Part shown: positions 28,327 to 36,653 of the stretch, piece by piece
Layout: each line of letters begins with the position of its first letter
Numbering within the stretch: the first letter of the stretch is position 1
Virus record (IMG/VR): IMGVR_UViG_3300024239_000014
Coordinates: 62,001 to 126,000 of that record
Length of the DNA: 64,000 bases
Strand: one strand, 5' to 3'
Notes under the pieces: generated by a model
What the model was told of the DNA's origin: nothing
Seen by the model: only the letters and a program-made list of their open reading frames with translations
Databases searched by the model: none
Made by a program: the position numbers and the translations under genes

Positions 28327-29709
28327 ATGCCGGTTATTGCAACACCGCCAGGTCAGCATCCAGGTCCGTGGCAGCTCACGATCCCTGAAGCAGGGTCGGT
28401 AACACTGCGGTACCGCGTTTCAGACGGTAAAGGCGGGTTCTTCACTCGCACGGCCATCGCATCTGCCATCGTACCTGTGGTCGGGTATGACTACTACGCC
28501 AATAAGTTCGGCCTCTATCGCAAAACTGTGAACTCGCTGGCCGCGTTTTTGACAGTGCCATCTCACTCGGTCGTTGCGGGCACAGTGTCCGACGAATGGC
28601 GGTTCGGTATCAAACTTAAAACCTGGGAGCCTTACACAGCTGGTACCCAAGGCATTGCTTGTCTATGTCGAGGTACGACGTCGAACACAGAAGAGGTCTT
28701 CATCATCAGTAACCTGGGACCGATCTCGATCAAGTATGTCGGCGGTACCACGGTAACTTTGACTGGAAACCATGGGATTCAACTTGGTCAGCGCGTTGAT
28801 TTTCGTTTGATTGTACCGTCAGTTGTCGGTCAACCAATCGAACTTTACGCCAGGATTAACAACGGCGCTGAATTTCTGATGGGTAGTGCGCTGACGCCTG
28901 CATCGTCTGGATTCAATCCGAATCGTTGGCTCTCCGGTAACCAGGGCATCAACGGGATGCTGTTCTACGTAGAGCGGTATCGTGATGGCGTACCTCTTTA
29001 CCAGTTCACGTTTAATGACTTCTGGTCCACGACGTTCTTGTCGCGTCACGATCCTCAGGTAACCGCAGTCTTGACAAAAGTCAGCGGCCACATTGAGCCT
29101 CAGGTGGATGTCACTGAATGGACGCCAGCGACGCCGGCTGACGACTTAGTCGCTGTAACACGTGTCACGACGGCGTCGCTGTCGGTCGATCGACGGATGG
29201 TGCTGACGGGTATTAGCGCACGACCTGCTGGCGTTGCCAGGCGTTATCTGTCGTGGGTGCGCACTCACGACCTGACGTACGACCTGGGTCTTTGCAGTAT
29301 CGGCACCACCGAAACCGTTCGGTTCAATGCCGATGGATCGATCAGCGCGCGTGTTACTGGCATGAGCAGCACTGTCGTAATGCGACCTGCCGGTCCTCAT
29401 GTCTTGACGGGCACGAAGCAGTTGATCGAATTGGTCGTGACTGATGACCGTTTCCAGGTCAAGGTGGATGGTGTGTTGGTTGCTGAACACGTGGCCAATG
29501 GTCTGTCGTTCATTCCTGGCCAATACCTGGAAGGTGCGTCTGGTACCACCATCTGGCGCGGTCGCCTGTACAACCTCGCAGTGTACAACGACGACACCCT
29601 GATTGAGTACTGGCCATTGGATGTAGGCGAAGGAGTCGGTGTAATGACCAACACAGTTGGTACTGCTGTTGCGACATTGGGTTCTGCCAATACGTGGGTC
29701 CACGGATAA
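28327..29709 (+). CDS. Fibre-associated protein: half cadherin-like repeat plus two LamG-like domains
   Basis: AAGGAGG SD. Starts GPWQLT..TLRYRVSDGKGG; next domain is paralogous to the C-terminus of the 23038 gene; C-terminal FQVKVDG..WRGRLYNLAVY..YWPLD. Confidence 0.75.
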   Translation: MPVIATPPGQHPGPWQLTIPEAGSVTLRYRVSDGKGGFFTRTAIASAIVPVVGYDYYANKFGLYRKTVNSLAAFLTVPSHSVVAGTVSDEWRFGIKLKTWEPYTAGTQGIACLCRGTTSNTEEVFIISNLGPISIKYVGGTTVTLTGNHGIQLGQRVDFRLIVPSVVGQPIELYARINNGAEFLMGSALTPASSGFNPNRWLSGNQGINGMLFYVERYRDGVPLYQFTFNDFWSTTFLSRHDPQVTAVLTKVSGHIEPQVDVTEWTPATPADDLVAVTRVTTASLSVDRRMVLTGISARPAGVARRYLSWVRTHDLTYDLGLCSIGTTETVRFNADGSISARVTGMSSTVVMRPAGPHVLTGTKQLIELVVTDDRFQVKVDGVLVAEHVANGLSFIPGQYLEGASGTTIWRGRLYNLAVYNDDTLIEYWPLDVGEGVGVMTNTVGTAVATLGSANTWVHG

Positions 29710-29718
29710 GTGTCATAG

Positions 29719-29755
29719 CGGGAGGGTCGAAAAGACCCTCCCGTTTTTTCTTTTT
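29719..29755 (+). terminator. Intrinsic terminator
   Basis: CGGGAGGGTC-GAAAA-GACCCTCCCG plus long U-tract. Confidence 0.85.
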
Positions 29756-29843
29756 GCTTATGTAAAAAATTACCGAATTTATATGAACGGCTTCGTTTTT
29801 CATACCGACCAGGCAGGTAACGTCCCCTTACAGGAGCAGAGAG

Positions 29844-31922
29844 ATGCCTCAGAATTTGGTGATTAAGTACCCTCTTGACCTGTCAGGGAATAACCCCACG
29901 AACCTGGTCAAGAATGAACCGCACACGATTGAGCCTACGGCCACGAATCGCGGTTTTGCATTGAACTACGGCCCTTTCTACACCAAGAGTGTAGTGGTCA
30001 AACACGTGGAATCAGGGAACTACCTGAGACCACGCCTGGATTACCTGTGCCTCCATCTGGATGAAATCGCTACGCGTGAATCTGGATACGAGGTCTGCAT
30101 CGCCATCCTCATTACCAACCAGACCTACAATGGTGAATTTGAAGTCACCTATCAGGTCGTGGGTGGCGAGTACAGTAGCTACGTGTCAGTGATTCAGCAG
30201 CTGGTAGAAGCACTCCAGCTCGATGACCGTCCTGTCAAGTGGGGCGATGTGATTGGTAAGCAGGATGAATACCCACCTGCGCCACACCTGCATACCCCGG
30301 ATGATCTGTACGGCTTTGAATTCCTTGTTGACGCATTGATGCGTCTGCACCAGGCGATTCTGCACGGCGATGCAACAGATCATGCGCAGATGAGACAAAA
30401 CATTCTCAATGCGCGCGCTTACGCCGAGCAATTGGCCGCCGGTGTACGCGAAGTCCTCGATCTTCACGTTACCAACCAGAACGATCCTCACAACGTCACT
30501 AAACTCCAGGTGGGTTTGGGGAATGTCGATAACTTTGCTACCGCCACGCCAGAAGAAGCGGCCAGTGCAACGGTGGCTAATAAGTTCCTGACGCCAGCGT
30601 TGTTGCATGGGGCAATACCGAACAGTTTGCCGATTACCCAGATCAATGGCGAAATTCAGCGTTTGTGGGACGCCATCAACGCCATCAACGCCATCCTCGC
30701 CCTCGGCAAGGGCACCACCACGATCTGGAACACCCTGACTGCGTGGTCGACACTGCGTCAGACGATGGCGGTGGCAAGTCGTAGCACGACTGTGCTTATC
30801 CCGGCTGGCCCGGATCGAACCAGTTCGTGGAATACTTCTTTCACAACTGCGTGGTCGTCTGATCGCCTGACAAACCGCATGACATCCATCGGTAGCAACT
30901 GGAACACGTCCTTCACTCAGAACACGACACGAACTACAAACGTGTCGGTGGTGACGGTATGGAACACCAATACGTCCCGCAACACCGGGTACAGTAAGGT
31001 GACCCAGACGTCTGAGAATATCGTGCAGAACACGTCAGTGTCATCAAGTAAGATCACGTCGTATCAGACCAGTTGGACGACGGAGATGGGGGTGGTAACC
31101 CGTACTTCTTCGTGGGTGACCGGTTTCTATTCGATCGCTTATATCGGACGTGAAACGTCGACTACAAACTACCAACAAGTATGGCAGGAACAGTCGAAGA
31201 ACACGAACACGTCGTGGTACAGTTACACTCCCATTGTGTCGTACCGTGCAGATGGGGCCGGCGGTAACGGGTGGCAAACGGTAGGTTTTACCCGTACGCT
31301 TAAATCACGTACGACGTCAACGACCGTAGGGCCGAGCAGCCGTGCCACGCAAACGACCTTTGCCACTGAATGGACCAGTGGTGGTTTCCGTCAGATGATC
31401 ATGACATGGAAAACCACGAGTACGCAGATTGGTGGCAACGTGTCGGCGTATGTCAGTACGACCTTCAACACTAACTTCTACACTGCGTTCCCGAAAGAAA
31501 GGTCCACATCGACCACAGTCTCGTCGCCGAACCTGGTACCTATGAGTCGCCAGACCAGCAAAACGACCAACACCACATTTAGTCGTGTGACATCGTTTAA
31601 CCAATCGCGCGACACCACCACGGCATGGACCATTGCTACGTCTTGGGCTACTCAGTATTCCAAGACAACCGCATGGGATCGTACCACGGACGTGATCACC
31701 AACATTGTTCAACAGACCAGTAATGCAGCAATGGTGCAAACCAACTTCAATACTGCTGTTGCAATGTCCAAAAGTACATCTGTGGTCACATCTGTGACAG
31801 TGGCTGGAGATAGCGAACGCCATAGTTCACGCCAGACCTCTTGGGATTCGACGTGGGGTACTGAGGCGAACACCAGCCAGATGACCCAGTTCATCCGCAA
31901 CACGCAGACGAGCTTTACGTAA
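29844..31922 (+). CDS. Virion fibre with Thr/Ser-rich (mucin-like) C-terminal domain
   Basis: N-terminal KYPLDLSG..EPH..YGPFY anchor domain and DPHNVTKLQVGLGNVDN repeat; last 403 aa contain 155 Thr+Ser by hand count. Confidence 0.8.
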   Translation: MPQNLVIKYPLDLSGNNPTNLVKNEPHTIEPTATNRGFALNYGPFYTKSVVVKHVESGNYLRPRLDYLCLHLDEIATRESGYEVCIAILITNQTYNGEFEVTYQVVGGEYSSYVSVIQQLVEALQLDDRPVKWGDVIGKQDEYPPAPHLHTPDDLYGFEFLVDALMRLHQAILHGDATDHAQMRQNILNARAYAEQLAAGVREVLDLHVTNQNDPHNVTKLQVGLGNVDNFATATPEEAASATVANKFLTPALLHGAIPNSLPITQINGEIQRLWDAINAINAILALGKGTTTIWNTLTAWSTLRQTMAVASRSTTVLIPAGPDRTSSWNTSFTTAWSSDRLTNRMTSIGSNWNTSFTQNTTRTTNVSVVTVWNTNTSRNTGYSKVTQTSENIVQNTSVSSSKITSYQTSWTTEMGVVTRTSSWVTGFYSIAYIGRETSTTNYQQVWQEQSKNTNTSWYSYTPIVSYRADGAGGNGWQTVGFTRTLKSRTTSTTVGPSSRATQTTFATEWTSGGFRQMIMTWKTTSTQIGGNVSAYVSTTFNTNFYTAFPKERSTSTTVSSPNLVPMSRQTSKTTNTTFSRVTSFNQSRDTTTAWTIATSWATQYSKTTAWDRTTDVITNIVQQTSNAAMVQTNFNTAVAMSKSTSVVTSVTVAGDSERHSSRQTSWDSTWGTEANTSQMTQFIRNTQTSFT

Positions 31923-31937
31923 CAAACTCACCTATGT

Positions 31938-31966
31938 AGGGGGCTTCGGCCCCCTCATTTATTCCG
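31938..31966 (+). terminator. Short hairpin (attenuator or processing site) inside the fibre-GT operon
   Basis: AGGGGGC-TTCG-GCCCCCT then CATTTATTCCG. Confidence 0.6.
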
Positions 31967-31976
31967 GAAGTTGAAA

Positions 31977-32225
31977 ATGGACAAATCCGTTGCTATCGAA
32001 TTTGAAAAGCTCAACACACGCGTTGCCGAGCTTGAAAAGCGCCTGGTTGCTGCTGAGGAACAGGCAAAGAACGCCGAGCAATTGGCACAAGAGTCGTTGC
32101 GCCTTGTTGAACGTGCGTCATCGCTCCTGGTGGAACATATCGCTACCTTCGATACCCGTGTGGCGGAAGCCTCGGATATTATCGTGGCTCGTGTGACCAA
32201 GCAGATCCCGCACTTGATGTTGTAA
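31977..32225 (+). CDS. Small coiled-coil protein
   Basis: About 82 aa with heptads LNTRVAELEKRLVAAEEQA; lies between the fibre and the GT genes. Confidence 0.7.
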   Translation: MDKSVAIEFEKLNTRVAELEKRLVAAEEQAKNAEQLAQESLRLVERASSLLVEHIATFDTRVAEASDIIVARVTKQIPHLML

Positions 32226-32240
32226 CGGAGTAGTTGACCC

Positions 32241-33104
32241 ATGAGTGATAGCAATAAAAAGAAAAAGGCTTCGTTGGACATTGTCCTGGCTAACACTTAT
32301 GCTTCTGAAGCCAATAAGGTAGCACACAGCGGGTACCTGACTCGCGCCGGTAAGATTCGTGAATCAAACCGCATTGCTGAGCTGCTGGTGGCCGGGGCCG
32401 CGAAGCGCAAGATCAAAATCCAGTACGATATTGCTTACGATGGCCATCCTCATGAGTTATCGTTCACGGAATGCTTTGGTGGCATGGGTGGTGTTTATAT
32501 CAGACCTGCGGACAGCAACCTGTCGCGGCAGATGCTGGCTTCACCGTTTAGAGCAACTCGTGATATCAACTTTCTCTTGAATGCTGAAGACAAATACGCG
32601 CAGCTACCCATCCACTGTCCGGTTGATCACGTGATCTTCCTGCCCGGTACGAACCTTCTGGATCGGTATAAGGCCGAAGTGTTCCGACCCTATTACAGAG
32701 AAGGCGTTAAGGTCAAACCACACCCCATCACGAGCGAGTATTTCCGTTTTCTGCTCCTGCGTGAATTTGGTTCAGACGTCCTTCCTCTTAAGGGTTCGGC
32801 ACAGTCGATCCTAAAGCAGGTGAAAGAAGTCACCGTGACGCAGCACACGGAGATGGGTCTTTACGCCCTATTGCAAGGCAAGAAGGTTAACGTCATCCCA
32901 GCAATGAAGGGACTGTTACCGGTGTACCGGTACTTCTACGAAACAGGTGAGCGCCTCAAGGAGGTGTTGTCGTCCCACCTGTCGGGTTTGTTCTTCATGA
33001 ACGATAACATCGAAGAACAGATCGAAGAATGGTTCGATTATTATCAATCCCAGTCCCAACTGCGTCAAACACGTTTCTTCGACGTGTTTGGAGGTAAACG
33101 ATGA
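32241..33104 (+). CDS. Putative GT-B glycosyltransferase, capsule-synthesis (KpsC/KpsS-like) type
   Basis: VKVKPHP and EVTVTQHTEMGLYALLQGKKV resemble the KxHP and V-x-T-x-x-S-x-x-G-x-EA-x-x-x-GK-x-V motifs of that fold. Confidence 0.5.
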   Translation: MSDSNKKKKASLDIVLANTYASEANKVAHSGYLTRAGKIRESNRIAELLVAGAAKRKIKIQYDIAYDGHPHELSFTECFGGMGGVYIRPADSNLSRQMLASPFRATRDINFLLNAEDKYAQLPIHCPVDHVIFLPGTNLLDRYKAEVFRPYYREGVKVKPHPITSEYFRFLLLREFGSDVLPLKGSAQSILKQVKEVTVTQHTEMGLYALLQGKKVNVIPAMKGLLPVYRYFYETGERLKEVLSSHLSGLFFMNDNIEEQIEEWFDYYQSQSQLRQTRFFDVFGGKR

Positions 33105-34054
33105 TTCTGTTCTCCTGCACTAACCGCGCTTATCAGGACGTGTCCTTGGTTTGGGCTCATTCGTTCAAGAACAGCTGCGAGAAGTTCGAAAACAATAAGA
33201 AGTTCACACCAATTCTTTTTTGCACGACCGATGTCGATACCGAACTCTTTGCTGATACAGGCATTGAAATTCGGTACTTGCCCACCATTGGTGGGGTGGA
33301 AGAAGGATTGTTCAATCAGACGACCACCGAAGGGATGGTGATGCGACTGAAAGCCATGGATCTCTTGCACGCTGAAGGCGTGGAAAAGGTCGCGTACATG
33401 GACACAGACACTTTGATCCGTGGTGACATCAGTGAATTGTTGTTGGCACCACTGACGCCCGAGAAACCAATAGCAGCGGCTTCCGACTTCGTGTACATCG
33501 ATGACGACCGCCTGGGATCGACGTACCAACAAATCGTCCCCGATTATCCGCGCAGAACATCGATCAACAAGAAGTACTTCAACTCCGGTGTGATGGTTCT
33601 GCTTCTAAGGCCGTTGGTGGAAGAAACCAAACGCTACGGCTGTACGTCGTTGGAATCCTTTTATCTGAAGCACAAGGAAATGTGCCGGTTCCCTGATCAA
33701 GACGCACTCAATAAGCTGGCAAGGGAATATGTCGGCCTACCGCGTCGGTACAACTTCTTCCCTGAGCTGCACATCTTCGCGATCATGTCCAGTGATGAAC
33801 TAATGCACCACCGTGCACGTATCTTCCGTGAAGGGGTGATCGTGCACTTCTTGTCATTGTTCAAACCCTGGGTCAAACATGATTATGTTAACACGGCAAC
33901 AATGCAAGTCCCATTTGAAATGTACTGGGAAGCATTGAAGCCCATCCGACACAAGCTGTCGCCTTCGTTCGTTGAAAATGTGCGTTATAACGTGGAAACG
34001 CATCGCATCATCATCGAGCAGGCCAGACACGGTCATTACAACGCCGAGGATTAA
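33101..34054 (+). CDS. Glycosyltransferase family 8
   Basis: VAYMDTD (DxD), YFNSGVMVL, FPDQDALN, IVHF..KPW. Confidence 0.92.
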   Translation: MILFSCTNRAYQDVSLVWAHSFKNSCEKFENNKKFTPILFCTTDVDTELFADTGIEIRYLPTIGGVEEGLFNQTTTEGMVMRLKAMDLLHAEGVEKVAYMDTDTLIRGDISELLLAPLTPEKPIAAASDFVYIDDDRLGSTYQQIVPDYPRRTSINKKYFNSGVMVLLLRPLVEETKRYGCTSLESFYLKHKEMCRFPDQDALNKLAREYVGLPRRYNFFPELHIFAIMSSDELMHHRARIFREGVIVHFLSLFKPWVKHDYVNTATMQVPFEMYWEALKPIRHKLSPSFVENVRYNVETHRIIIEQARHGHYNAED

Positions 34055-34055
34055 C

Positions 34056-34883
34056 ATGGCCGACGTTACAGTGATCATTCCAGCTTCTCGAGCTTTTACC
34101 TTAGAAGAGTGTTTGGTACACCTTAAGAGAAGCGTCGGGGTAACCTATCGCCTGATTGTAGTGCTGGCAAATCGTGATCCAGCATTGCGTAAACTGGCTC
34201 AGGGCGCCGGGGCTGAGATCATTGAACATTATGCCAAAGGTGACCAGCATAAGGCCAGGGCAATTGCCCTGGCCTCTGTAACCACCGAATTTGTTCATTT
34301 CTTAGATGACGACGATTTCATCTGCCCTGAATTCTTAAGAGACGGTGTTGCACTACTAAGAGATGATTCTACATGTGGCGTTGCGTTCAGTCTGCCATTT
34401 AAATCGGTGGGTGTTAGGAACGTACTCATTGGTCCGCATTTTCAAGCAGGGTTTGTTAATCCAAGCTGCACGATTTATCGCACCAAGATGATCCGTGAAG
34501 TCTTTGCGATGCTACCTGAGCCGGTGCTTTCCTCTTCTGAGGACAAGTTGTACACGCTTGTGTTAGCTTCGATCTTCCGTGCGAAATTCCGGTGTTTCAG
34601 AGCACCTGTAGTCCGCGGTTCCTTCGTAGAGAACCGGAAGGTCTGGGACACCCTAATGTCGAAATCTCTCTACGACTTTTGGTACCGGATCTTGCTACTT
34701 TTACCGGAATATCAAGACGATGCCGTTGCTGATCATTACGTCAGAACGGTATTGGCAGAAACCCGACAATGGTACACCCGATGCGTCACCTACTCTTTAC
34801 CTGTATCAATCGACATTATGAAAATCAGGGGATCGTTTGGTTATCAGCACTTAGAACCTTGGCCCAATCAGCACCAGTGTTGA
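34056..34883 (+). CDS. Glycosyltransferase family 2
   Basis: Start MADVTVIIPA; FVHFLDDDD and a downstream ED motif (SSEDKL). Confidence 0.85.
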   Translation: MADVTVIIPASRAFTLEECLVHLKRSVGVTYRLIVVLANRDPALRKLAQGAGAEIIEHYAKGDQHKARAIALASVTTEFVHFLDDDDFICPEFLRDGVALLRDDSTCGVAFSLPFKSVGVRNVLIGPHFQAGFVNPSCTIYRTKMIREVFAMLPEPVLSSSEDKLYTLVLASIFRAKFRCFRAPVVRGSFVENRKVWDTLMSKSLYDFWYRILLLLPEYQDDAVADHYVRTVLAETRQWYTRCVTYSLPVSIDIMKIRGSFGYQHLEPWPNQHQC

Positions 34884-35779
34884 AGGATTGTCGGATCATT
34901 CTTTTCCACGCCCACGATGTAAATCTTCAGCGATTTAAAGACGCCTTCCCTGACATCGAGTACCGTCTCGTCAAAAGTCCGATCGAAGGTAAGACCAAGC
35001 TGTTCAGCGCTCCGGTTAGCGAAGGAATGTGCTTGCGCATTGACGCTATGGATCAACTAATCCAAGAAGGAGTTGACAAGGTAGTCTACTCTGATGCCGA
35101 TGCGGTGTGGTTCAAGGATCCTGCCAAATTGTTCGACACACCGGTTGACGCGGTTCATCGTTTTGCAGCGGTACGCGACATGGTGTATCAAAAGCACCCT
35201 GAGTTTAAAGAAGCCTACCCCATTGCATGTCGCGATTGGGGTCACCGACAGGCTATCAGTGACAACTACTTCAACTCAGGTGTGATGGTTGTTTCGCTCA
35301 AGGGGTTATCGGATTACCTAACACTATTGGGTAATGCGTCACTGACAGAATACGTACAGCAGAACCAACACCGGTACCTCTTTCCGGACCAAGATCCGCT
35401 GAACGAACTAGGCCACAATCGCATCGAGCTTCCACGCGAATTCAATGCCTACATTGATCACGTGGTCGGTCATTCGATGACTGCCTGTGAAGTAATGGAA
35501 AACCGTTACAAGATTTCGCAGTCTGCTATCATTCATTGGATCACCATGACCAAACCCTGGTTACATGAACGTGAACCGAGTTTGACTAGCGCTGCCATGC
35601 CCCACGAGAAGTACTGGGAAGCTATGCAACCCGTACTGGAGTTTCTTGATGGGGGTTTTATTAAAGCTGTCTCGATCAAGCTTCGGCAGTATGCCCACCT
35701 CGTGGAGCATGCCAAGCGCGATTTCAAGGAAGTCGGAGGCTACCACCATGACACGTACCGTTGTTTCGTGCGTAAATAA
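34781..35779 (+). CDS. Glycosyltransferase family 8
   Basis: VVYSDAD, YFNSGVMVV, FPDQDPLN, IIHW..KPW; start MRHLLFTC. Confidence 0.92.
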   Translation: MRHLLFTCINRHYENQGIVWLSALRTLAQSAPVLKDCRIILFHAHDVNLQRFKDAFPDIEYRLVKSPIEGKTKLFSAPVSEGMCLRIDAMDQLIQEGVDKVVYSDADAVWFKDPAKLFDTPVDAVHRFAAVRDMVYQKHPEFKEAYPIACRDWGHRQAISDNYFNSGVMVVSLKGLSDYLTLLGNASLTEYVQQNQHRYLFPDQDPLNELGHNRIELPREFNAYIDHVVGHSMTACEVMENRYKISQSAIIHWITMTKPWLHEREPSLTSAAMPHEKYWEAMQPVLEFLDGGFIKAVSIKLRQYAHLVEHAKRDFKEVGGYHHDTYRCFVRK

Positions 35780-36653
35780 GGCGTACAGTGATCCATTAAA
35801 AGTCTGGCTCAGTGTAATGGCTGAGCAACCCTCGCACCCTCACGTGATCCTGTATCACGCCAGCGACATTGATCCCAATGATTTCCCCACCTCAGTGGAG
35901 GTCACGTGGCGGTTGCTGGATGTGCCTACTCAGAAGTCCACCAGACCTCATCGCCGTCAAGGTATCCTGATGCGGTTTCTGGCGTTCGATGATCTCCATG
36001 CGCGCAAGATGACCCACATCGTGTACATGGATCTCGATGCGTTACCTTTTGGTAACCTGTCACCACTTCTGAATGTGCCGGTGCGTGCATCCTCACCCAT
36101 TGCCGCTGTACCTGATTTGGTGTTCCTGGGGTCTAAGCAGTACGACGCGTACTACGACCGGAGTCGTCCTGAAATCGTACATCGTTTGAACTTCAATCCG
36201 CGGTATTTCAATGCTGGGGTGATGGCGATTTATTTGCCAGGACTCTATGCGCGGTTAAACGGCAAGACGTTGTACGAGTATTGGGAAGAAAACAAACACC
36301 GGTACTTGTTTCATGGTCAGGACCCATTGAATGAACTGGTACCTGATTATACGCCTTTACCGGCGACCTTTAACGCCTTTGCCGATCTGTACATTGCACC
36401 GAAGATGACTGAACATCAACGTGAGTTGCACACCTCGGTGATTAGCAATGCCGCTATCGTGCATTGGCTATCCAATACAAAGCCGTGGGAGGCGCTTAGC
36501 AACATTCCAGTTGCTTGGGCTATGATGCCTCACCAGTTGTACTGGGATGCAGCACAACGCGTTTTAGACCGCTTAAGCGAGGGGTTTGTAACGGCACTTA
36601 CTGAAAACCTCCGACGATACGAGGAACTGACGCATGACGAAGCCGTTGTGTAG
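35748..36653 (+). CDS. Glycosyltransferase family 8
   Basis: GGAGG SD; IVYMDLD, YFNAGVMAI, GQDPLN, IVHW..KPW. Confidence 0.9.
   Translation: MTRTVVSCVNKAYSDPLKVWLSVMAEQPSHPHVILYHASDIDPNDFPTSVEVTWRLLDVPTQKSTRPHRRQGILMRFLAFDDLHARKMTHIVYMDLDALPFGNLSPLLNVPVRASSPIAAVPDLVFLGSKQYDAYYDRSRPEIVHRLNFNPRYFNAGVMAIYLPGLYARLNGKTLYEYWEENKHRYLFHGQDPLNELVPDYTPLPATFNAFADLYIAPKMTEHQRELHTSVISNAAIVHWLSNTKPWEALSNIPVAWAMMPHQLYWDAAQRVLDRLSEGFVTALTENLRRYEELTHDEAVV

Noticed and set aside
30672-30695. GCCATCAAC tandem repeat (AIN-AIN-AIL) at the fibre junction as a phase-variation site
   Set aside because: Only about 2.7 copies of an in-frame 9-mer encoding a coiled-coil pattern; no evidence of variability.
30711-31922. 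T/S-W repeats as a CRISPR array, DGR target or RiPP precursor
   Set aside because: I found no DNA-level direct repeats, no reverse transcriptase and no leader/core layout; it is the C-terminal domain of a virion protein.
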